Below are positions 57,182-64,000 of a stretch of DNA of 64,000 nucleotides, piece by piece. The notes beneath the pieces were generated by a model. That model did no database searches and was not told the DNA's origin. It was given only the letters and a program-made list of their open reading frames with translations. A program made the position numbers and the translations under genes. Origin of the DNA: Candidatus Nanoarchaeia archaeon (GTDB taxonomy: Archaea > Nanobdellota > Nanobdellia > SCGC-AAA011-G17 > JACPNG01); the NCBI GenBank assembly GCA_028713535.1, contig JAQTOC010000002.1, forward strand, positions 9,090 to 73,089, read 5' to 3'. Numbering within the stretch: the first letter of the stretch is position 1; every line of letters begins with the position of its first letter.

Positions 57182-58597
57182 ATGGTTGATTATAAAGAAC
57201 TTGGATTTAAGGCCGGGCTGGAGATTCACCAGCAGATTGAAGGCAGAAAATTATTCTGTCATTGTCCTGCTTTAGTTAATGATGATAATCTCTCTGATGT
57301 TAAGTTCAAAAGAAAACTAAGGGCGATAGCCGGTGAGACTGGAAAAGTTGACAAGGCAGCAGAATTTGAAATGTCAAAAGACAAGGAAGTTTTCTATGAA
57401 GCCTGCTCATCTTCATCTTGTTTGGTTGAATATGATGAAGAGCCACCTCACGAATTGAATAAAGAAGCTTTAGAGGTTGCTTTGCAGATTGCTTTGCTGA
57501 TGAACTGCAAAGTTGTTGATAAGATTCAGTTTATGAGAAAAACAGTGATAGACGGAAGCAACGTGTCTGGTTTTCAAAGGACAGCATTAATCGGAAATGA
57601 TGGTTTTATTGAAACAAACAAAGGAAAGGTAAAAATTGAAACCATCTGTTTGGAGGAAGAAGCTGCTAAAAAAATAAAAGAAGAGGAAAATAAGATCACT
57701 TACAGGTTAGACCGGCTTGGGGTTGGTCTTATAGAAATTGCCACCTCTCCAGATATAAGAGATCCAGAGCATGCAAAAGAAGTAGCCTCAATAATAGGCA
57801 TGATGCTAAGGTCAACCGGGAGAGTGAAACGAGGTATTGGTTCAATAAGGCAGGATGTTAATGTCAGCATAAAAGGCCATGAGCGAGTTGAGATAAAAGG
57901 GTTTCAGGACTTAAGAAATATCCCAAAGACAATTGAAAACGAGATTCACAGGCAGTTAAAAAGTAAAGATGAAAAGTCTCATGTTAGAAAAGTAAATCCA
58001 GACTTTACTACATCTTACTTAAGGCCAATGCCTGGCTCATCCAGGATGTACCCAGAGACTGACATTGAAATAATTACAATAACAAATAAGCTTCTTGATT
58101 CTATTGAGCTTCCTGAGCTGATTTCTGAAAGAGCATTGGCATTGAAGAACAAGTATAATCTTAATGAAGATATTTCCAGGGAATTAGTCAAGCTTGAGGT
58201 TGATTTTGAAAGCTATGTAAATGAGTTTTCAAAAATTAAGCCGGATTTTATTGCCAATGTTCTTGTTGAGACTAAAAAAGATATTCTTGCAAGGTACAAA
58301 AAAGAAGTTACATTTGAAATGGTCAAAAATGCTCTCAGTTATTATAATGAAAATAAGATTGCCAAGGATGCAGTCTATGAAGTCTTGGTTGATTTTGCAG
58401 TTAACGGAACTGTAAATCTTAAGAAATATGAAAAAGCAGATGAATCTGAGATTGAAAATGATATTAAGCATATTGTTTCCAAGAACAAGGACCTTTCTTT
58501 CAGTGCATTAATGGGCGACATAATGAAAAAATACAAGGGAAAGATTGACGGTAAAAAAGCGTCTGAGTTATTAAAGAAGTATTTAAACGCTAAATAA
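57182..58597 (+). CDS. gatE: Glu-tRNA(Gln) amidotransferase subunit E (GatE)-like, compact (GatB/E family)
   Basis: GLEIHQQIEGRKLFCHCPA is GatE-type, and a C-terminal YqeY-like tail is present. At 471 aa it is about 150 aa shorter than typical GatE. Confidence 0.6.
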   Translation: MVDYKELGFKAGLEIHQQIEGRKLFCHCPALVNDDNLSDVKFKRKLRAIAGETGKVDKAAEFEMSKDKEVFYEACSSSSCLVEYDEEPPHELNKEALEVALQIALLMNCKVVDKIQFMRKTVIDGSNVSGFQRTALIGNDGFIETNKGKVKIETICLEEEAAKKIKEEENKITYRLDRLGVGLIEIATSPDIRDPEHAKEVASIIGMMLRSTGRVKRGIGSIRQDVNVSIKGHERVEIKGFQDLRNIPKTIENEIHRQLKSKDEKSHVRKVNPDFTTSYLRPMPGSSRMYPETDIEIITITNKLLDSIELPELISERALALKNKYNLNEDISRELVKLEVDFESYVNEFSKIKPDFIANVLVETKKDILARYKKEVTFEMVKNALSYYNENKIAKDAVYEVLVDFAVNGTVNLKKYEKADESEIENDIKHIVSKNKDLSFSALMGDIMKKYKGKIDGKKASELLKKYLNAK

Positions 58598-59293
58598 TTT
58601 TCTTATTTTTCCTTGCATTGTCCAGCCAGTTAAGAATACGAACTCAGGAAATTTTAATGGCTCTATTTTTATTTTGACTTTGTTTTTTCTTATTGCCTCC
58701 AGAACAGAATCAACATTCTTATTGGAATCTATCAGTGAATAGTTTCTCCCGAGCTGGAATTTCCAGTGCCCGTCTGAATTTGCCAGTAATGGTTTATTGT
58801 ATTTTTTTGCAGTTTTTTCTGCTTTATTGTTGAAGTAATTAAAATGATTCAAGTAATACATCGAGTATTCAATCGCATCAAAATATTTTATGTTTTCAAT
58901 CAATTTTTTTCTTAAGCCCATCGGATAAAATGGATGGGGTGCAACTATCAATCCATTTTCTTCTCTTACTTTTTCAAGATCTTCAAATTCTTTTATCTTG
59001 TCAAAATCCCTGTAGTTTAAAATTAAGACTTCTCCTCCGCCAACGTATTTTTCAACTCCGGGAATCAGCAAAACATTTTTCTTCTTTGCATAATCTTTGA
59101 AATGATAATAGCTGTTTAACGCATCCTTGTAAGTTTTTTTTATGAAGCAGCCATGCAATGAAGCATGCTCTGTTAAAGCTAAAACCTCATAGCCTTTTTT
59201 AGAAAGAATATTGATTGCTTCTTTTGGGGAATAATGCCCCTCTCTTTTTTTCTGCACGTGATTTGTGTGTATGTGCAAGTCTGCCTTTAGCAT
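58583..59293 (-). CDS. PHP-domain metal-dependent phosphoesterase
   Basis: N-terminal ADLHIHTNH and the other PHP His motifs. Confidence 0.65.
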   Translation of the reverse strand: MLKADLHIHTNHVQKKREGHYSPKEAINILSKKGYEVLALTEHASLHGCFIKKTYKDALNSYYHFKDYAKKKNVLLIPGVEKYVGGGEVLILNYRDFDKIKEFEDLEKVREENGLIVAPHPFYPMGLRKKLIENIKYFDAIEYSMYYLNHFNYFNNKAEKTAKKYNKPLLANSDGHWKFQLGRNYSLIDSNKNVDSVLEAIRKNKVKIKIEPLKFPEFVFLTGWTMQGKIRKLFSV

Positions 59294-59313
59294 AAAACTA
59301 TAAAAAAATAATC

Positions 59314-60003
59314 CTATAAATACTTATTGATATCCTTCCATGATTCAAGGACAAAATCAGCAATCTCTTCCTCATTGCCTGAAGGGTGTCCTCCTTTAAC
59401 AAATATTGCTTTTGCATCAAGCTCTTTTGCTGGTTCTAAGTCTGAATACTTGTCTCCAAGTACAGCAACAACAGTCCCTTTTTCCTTTAGCTCATCAAGA
59501 AGGTTTTTGTTTGAGAAACTAAGAATCGGATTTTGTCCTAAGATATAATCTGGTTTTATTTTTATTCCTGAGATTTCAAACATCCCTGAAATGATGTCAG
59601 ACCTTATCCCAGAAACAATAGCAATTTTGTATTTTTTTGATTTTAAGTACTTTAATGCTTCAACTAATCCATCTGGAAAAATATCAAGTCTTTTTTCTTT
59701 CGCAACCATATACATTCCTATCTGGAATAAGTTTGTTGCTATCTGGGTTTGAATCTCCTCTCCTCTTAAAAATATTCTTTCTTTCTTGTTTGTTACATAA
59801 TTTACCTTAGCATCTTTTTTAAGTCCTGTTAATTTTTCAACAAATTCATTGTTTATCTTGTATAATTCCTTGCTTCTTGCATGCTCCTCTTTTGTTGGCA
59901 GGCTCCTTCCTAAAACCTTGGCCCTGAATTTGTTTGCTTCTTCAGCTACCTCCACCTTGATAAAAGTTCCAGAAAAATCTATTGCTACAATCTTGTCTTG
60001 CAT
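59314..60003 (-). CDS. HAD-superfamily hydrolase
   Basis: Motif I VAIDFSGTF, a motif II Ser (IAIVSGIRS) and motif IV GDKYSD. Confidence 0.55.
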   Translation of the reverse strand: MQDKIVAIDFSGTFIKVEVAEEANKFRAKVLGRSLPTKEEHARSKELYKINNEFVEKLTGLKKDAKVNYVTNKKERIFLRGEEIQTQIATNLFQIGMYMVAKEKRLDIFPDGLVEALKYLKSKKYKIAIVSGIRSDIISGMFEISGIKIKPDYILGQNPILSFSNKNLLDELKEKGTVVAVLGDKYSDLEPAKELDAKAIFVKGGHPSGNEEEIADFVLESWKDINKYL

Positions 60004-60028
60004 ATTTTACTAAGAAGTATTAGTTTAT

Positions 60029-60478
60029 TTAAGTTTTACCATTTAATGTCTTAATGGCCTGTTCTATAAAAAATATGGCACTTGGAAGTTTTAATCTTTC
60101 TTTGTACTCATGGATTTGGATCCATTCAAGTCGTGCGAATCTTTTTCCATTTTCGATCGTGTAATCTGGTAGATCTCCAAGCCATTCAGTAATCAAAAAA
60201 CCATAAAACCTTATTTTTAAATTTTCAACAATAAACTGTCCAAGAGAAGCATATTTTTTTATAATTACCTTATTTGAAAATTCTTCAGATATCTCTCTTC
60301 TCATTGCCTCATAACTATAATCTCTGCAGTTTTTAGTGTCTTTTGAATCTATGCGTCCATTTGGTATAAAAATTTCTTCACTATCCCTGTTGGGTCTGTG
60401 TTCTATTAAAATTTTTCTTCCCTTTACAAAAAGAAAGAGAACCGCTTCTAAGTATCCGTCTTTGTAATAATCCGCCAT
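60029..60478 (-). CDS. NUDIX hydrolase (weak)
   Basis: Nudix-box-like EAMRREISEEFSNKV. Confidence 0.4.
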   Translation of the reverse strand: MADYYKDGYLEAVLFLFVKGRKILIEHRPNRDSEEIFIPNGRIDSKDTKNCRDYSYEAMRREISEEFSNKVIIKKYASLGQFIVENLKIRFYGFLITEWLGDLPDYTIENGKRFARLEWIQIHEYKERLKLPSAIFFIEQAIKTLNGKT

Positions 60479-60548
60479 TTTCTAGATTATGAAGAAACAA
60501 GAAATTATTAAGTTTTACTATAAAATAAAAAAAAGATTAATTTAATAT

Positions 60549-60731
60549 TTAATCTTCAGAAGAAGGATCATCTACTGGATCTGTGTCGTCATCGTCATCG
60601 CCCCATTTTTCTTCTTCTAATTCGTCTTCTTTATCTTCAGATTCCTCATCTTCAAAGTCGCTGAATCCATCCTCTCCTTCATCGTTCTTCTTTAACCATA
60701 ATTTGAATTCTTCTGGCATATTTACCTCCAA
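60549..60731 (-). CDS. highly acidic small protein (60 aa)
   Basis: About 45% Asp/Glu (EDEESEDKEDELEEEKWGDDDDDTD). Confidence 0.3.
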   Translation of the reverse strand: MEVNMPEEFKLWLKKNDEGEDGFSDFEDEESEDKEDELEEEKWGDDDDDTDPVDDPSSED

Positions 60732-60838
60732 GACGTTTTATTTTTTAGAAAAGAAGGAATTTATAAATCTATCTCTTCTCCAGACCAATAAAAAATCTTA
60801 TAAACCGTTAATCCTAATCCTTTTTTTAAGAAGGTGAT

Positions 60839-61918
60839 ATGATGTTTGATGAACTTGGTCCTGAAAAAATAATTGAGATATACGACGCTAAGACGAAAAT
60901 GCACGGCTTTGTTGTCATAGACAACACAAAAAGAGGCCCTGGAAAAGGCGGAGTCAGGATGACCCCAACAGTCTCAAAGGAAGAGGTTTTCAGGCTTGCC
61001 CGAACAATGACCTTGAAATGTGCAATGGCAGATTTGCCTTTTGGCGGGGCAAAGTCAGGGATCATTGCAGATCACCTAAAACTTTCTGAGGAAGAGAAAA
61101 AAAACATTGTTGTTGCTTATGCCAATGCAATAAGACAAATATCTCCAAGCATTTATGTTTCTGCCCCGGACATGAACATGGCAGAAGACGAAATGAGGAT
61201 TATTTCAGGTATTCTTGGGAAAAAAGCAGTTACAGGAAAACCAAAAGACCTTGGAGGATTGCCTCACGAGTTAGGCAGCACTGGCTTCGGTGTTGTCAAG
61301 TCTGCCTTAGTTGCTCTTGATCATCTTAAATTAAATCCAAAAAATATTACATTTGGAGTTGAAGGTTTTGGAAACGTTGGTAGTTTTGCAGCAAAGTTCC
61401 TTGTTGAAAAAGGGGCAAAAATAGTTGCTGCTTCTGATGCAAAAGGCATGGTTTATGATGAAGCTGGTTTGGATTTTAAAAAACTCTGGAAATCTGTAAA
61501 CGAAAAAAAGTCTGTTACAGAAGCAGGGACCGGAAAGATCGGATCAAATAAAGACCTGATGTTCCAGCACTTTGACGTTTTGATAACTGCTGCAATCCCA
61601 GACATCATAACCATGGAAAACTATAATAAAGTTAAAGCTAAATTAATTGTTGAAGGGTCAAACCTCCCTATTGGTGAGGAAGTTGAGGAGAAACTTCATA
61701 AAAAAGGAATCCTGGTTATTCCTGATTTTCTGGCAAATGCCGGAGGTGTAATCTCAAGTTATGTTGAATACATTGGTGGAACTGAAAATGAGATGTTCAA
61801 AATTGTTGAGGAAAAGATTGTGAAAAACACAAAAGAAGTTCTTTCAAGGATGGAAAAAGAAAAGACATACCCAAGAAAGGTTGCCATGAAAATAGCGATG
61901 GAAAGGCTTAAGTTTTGA
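60839..61918 (+). CDS. Glu/Leu/Phe/Val dehydrogenase family protein (short, Leu/Val-DH-sized)
   Basis: Catalytic GGAKSGI and Rossmann GFGNVGS motifs; 359 aa. Confidence 0.8.
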   Translation: MMFDELGPEKIIEIYDAKTKMHGFVVIDNTKRGPGKGGVRMTPTVSKEEVFRLARTMTLKCAMADLPFGGAKSGIIADHLKLSEEEKKNIVVAYANAIRQISPSIYVSAPDMNMAEDEMRIISGILGKKAVTGKPKDLGGLPHELGSTGFGVVKSALVALDHLKLNPKNITFGVEGFGNVGSFAAKFLVEKGAKIVAASDAKGMVYDEAGLDFKKLWKSVNEKKSVTEAGTGKIGSNKDLMFQHFDVLITAAIPDIITMENYNKVKAKLIVEGSNLPIGEEVEEKLHKKGILVIPDFLANAGGVISSYVEYIGGTENEMFKIVEEKIVKNTKEVLSRMEKEKTYPRKVAMKIAMERLKF

Positions 61919-62290
61919 TCATAAATCCTTGATCTTAAAATTAAATCCGTAGATTACATCTATTTCATACTCGCTGGAAGGATCCACTATTTTAGGAACA
62001 GCATATCTTCTTGTGAAAATATCTTCCTTGCCCCTTTCAACAATAAGATGAACTTGTCCATCCATCATAACAATTCTTGCGACGGTATCATCTAGATATT
62101 CCTTATTCTTTTTAAATTCATTAAGTTTTTGTTTTATATCCTCTCCAAGCGTTAAGTTTTCCTCAATTACAACTTTAAAATATTCATTTAAAAGTTTGCT
62201 CAGATCTATGGTTTTTACAATCCCATATTTATCCCTTACCCTGCCATCTATCTCATTTGTCATTTTATTTTTAGTTTTTCCAGAATCCAA
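61919..62290 (-). CDS. hypothetical protein
   Basis: ORF only. Confidence 0.3.
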   Translation of the reverse strand: MDSGKTKNKMTNEIDGRVRDKYGIVKTIDLSKLLNEYFKVVIEENLTLGEDIKQKLNEFKKNKEYLDDTVARIVMMDGQVHLIVERGKEDIFTRRYAVPKIVDPSSEYEIDVIYGFNFKIKDL

Positions 62291-62379
62291 TCCAGATTAA
62301 AACAAACTAAAATAATGCCAGCAATTTAAAAGCATTTATGATACAAAAACTATAAATACACCCTAAAAACTTTAATTTT

Positions 62380-63282
62380 ATGAATATAAAGAATAAACTG
62401 TTTTTAGCTCCAATGGCGGGGGTAAACGATATTCCCTTTAGGCTTTTATGCAAAAAATACGGGGCAGATGTAGTAATGACCGAAATGATAAGCGTCAACG
62501 CTCTCTCCAGAAACAACCAAGCAACCTTAAGATTGGCTGAGACAGTAAAGGAAGAGAAACCAATAGGAATCCAGCTATTTGGAACAAGGTTGGATGCCTA
62601 TAAAAAAAGTGTTGAATTAATAGAAAATAATTTTGATTTCATTGACATTAATTTTGGATGCCCGGCAACAAAAGTAATAAAGCAGGGAGCAGGCTCTGCT
62701 TTGTTGAAAAGGCCTGCAAAAATAAAAGAACTTGTCGAGTTTTTAGTTTCTAATTCAAAAAAACCAATATCAGGAAAAATAAGGACAGCTTCAAACAAAG
62801 AAGATTCTTTAAAGACCGCAAGTATGCTTGAGGAAGGCGGTGCTTCATTTGTAATAGTTCATGGAAGAACTACTGGCCAGGGTTATTCTGGAAATGTTAA
62901 CTATGAGCACATTAAGTACATAAAGGAAAATTTACAAATACCTGTTGTCGGCAATGGAGATATAAAAGATAAAGTTTCTTTGGAAAAAATGAAATCAACC
63001 AATGCAGATGCTTTCATGATTGGGCGGGCAGCAATAGGAAACCCAATGGTATTTACAGAAGTGAAAAAAGGAAAAGAAACTAGTTTAGATAAAAAGATAA
63101 AAGTTCTCTATGAATATTGGGATTTAAGCAAAAAACTAAACCGCCAGGATTTTAACAAGCTTAAGTTTTTAAGCTTGGCTGTAATGAAAGGATTTAATCA
63201 GGCAGCAAGATACAGGGAAAAATTGTCTCTTGCAAAAAACTTTGATGAATGGGACAAAGTTATGTCCTTACTTCAGATGTAA
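62380..63282 (+). CDS. dus: tRNA-dihydrouridine synthase (Dus)
   Basis: LAPMAGVNDIPFRLL N-terminus and FMN-binding TIM-barrel motifs. Confidence 0.85.
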   Translation: MNIKNKLFLAPMAGVNDIPFRLLCKKYGADVVMTEMISVNALSRNNQATLRLAETVKEEKPIGIQLFGTRLDAYKKSVELIENNFDFIDINFGCPATKVIKQGAGSALLKRPAKIKELVEFLVSNSKKPISGKIRTASNKEDSLKTASMLEEGGASFVIVHGRTTGQGYSGNVNYEHIKYIKENLQIPVVGNGDIKDKVSLEKMKSTNADAFMIGRAAIGNPMVFTEVKKGKETSLDKKIKVLYEYWDLSKKLNRQDFNKLKFLSLAVMKGFNQAARYREKLSLAKNFDEWDKVMSLLQM

Positions 63283-63930
63283 TTCAACAACATCCTCATC
63301 GCTTAAAACATGGGTTAATCCAACTTGGGCGCCAGCAAACCTGACAGAGTTTCCCCACACTCTTGCGAACTTGAATTTTTTTATGAAGTCTTTGTGCACT
63401 TTTTCTGCTATGTCTTTTATTGTGGATCCTTTTGGAAGCGCTATTGGCGGGTAGTCTTTTTCTTTCTGCGGCTGTTTTGTGTAAACCTTGATTAATTTTA
63501 ATTTTTCCCATATCAGGTCTGGAAGATTTTGCTGTTTTTTATACTCCAGGATATTTAGTCTTTCATCTTCAAATTCATTGTACAATAATCTTTTTTCAGC
63601 TTCATTGTTGTACATTAAAACAACAAGGTCAGCAATCCTTACTATCGACATAAACGCCAGGCCATTCCTTGTTTTTTCAAAGTCCTTGGTTATTGCAGGA
63701 ACCTCTATTACCTGTATTTTGATTCCCTTGTAGTCCATTGTTCCTATTTCAGGTGCCTGTGTTGTGAAAGGGTATTCTGAAATCAATGGGTTTGAGTTTG
63801 TTAGTTTTTTTAACAAAGTTGATTTTCCAGAGTTTGTTGTTCCGACCAAGGCTATTGTTGCAGCCCCCTCTTTTTTTACTGAGTATTTTGCTTTCCTGCC
63901 TTTTTTCTGTTTTTTCTCTTTCTCAATCAA
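63268..63930 (-). CDS. DRG-like GTP-binding protein with TGS domain, reduced G-domain, non-ATG start
   Basis: P-loop ALVGTTNSGKSTLL, G2 PFTT and a C-terminal TGS. The upstream in-frame stretch to the stop at 63985 has no ATG, and the track start is TTG. There is no clear NKxD. Confidence 0.5.
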   Translation of the reverse strand: MIEKEKKQKKGRKAKYSVKKEGAATIALVGTTNSGKSTLLKKLTNSNPLISEYPFTTQAPEIGTMDYKGIKIQVIEVPAITKDFEKTRNGLAFMSIVRIADLVVLMYNNEAEKRLLYNEFEDERLNILEYKKQQNLPDLIWEKLKLIKVYTKQPQKEKDYPPIALPKGSTIKDIAEKVHKDFIKKFKFARVWGNSVRFAGAQVGLTHVLSDEDVVELHLK

Positions 63931-64000
63931 TTCCTTGTACTTCGCTATCTTTGTTTTTATTTCTTTTAAAAGTCCCTCAGAAGACTTATGCTTGGGGGCA

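Noticed and set aside
1-64000. CRISPR arrays, transposases, integrases, restriction-modification or toxin-antitoxin hallmarks
   Set aside because: I scanned the intergenic regions and hypothetical ORFs. There are no regularly spaced direct repeats, no DDE/tyrosine-recombinase motifs and no obvious TA pairs. The only candidates for acquired DNA are the two GC-rich insertions, and they carry no mobility genes.

Overview
This is an AT-rich (roughly 30% GC), gene-dense chromosomal segment that is clearly archaeal and looks like a reduced, DPANN-like genome. The archaeal markers are aEF-2, aEF-1alpha, S10 and L41e, Kae1, XPD, PriS-like primase, GatD/GatE, AMP phosphorylase, a presenilin homolog, an intron-containing tRNA, and Shine-Dalgarno-led, tightly overlapping operons. 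Mixed in are bacterial-type modules: grpE-dnaK-dnaJ, secDF, glmS, SOD, and a full-length RelA/SpoT.

I call about 80 CDS and 6 tRNAs: Glu-UUC, an intron-containing Ile-UAU, Pro-GGG, Ser-GGA, Gly-UCC and Gly-CCC. Three small genes are missing from the ORF track: L41e, a 38-aa Zn-ribbon protein and a 50-aa membrane protein after secD. I saw no CRISPR array, transposase, integrase, restriction-modification system or toxin-antitoxin pair.

The parts that look most like undescribed biology are:
- two compositionally distinct (~40% GC) insertions encoding secreted or membrane proteins, one splitting the EF-1alpha/S10 operon and one splitting gatD/gatE;
- an extracytoplasmic redox locus with a monothiol (CPYG) DsbA-like protein between two membrane proteins that share a Cys-rich TCPExC motif;
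- a long bifunctional Rel/SpoT in an archaeon;
- a cluster of tiny uncharacterized proteins upstream of AMP phosphorylase;
- paired perfect palindromes in the divergent promoter between grpE and a winged-helix regulator.
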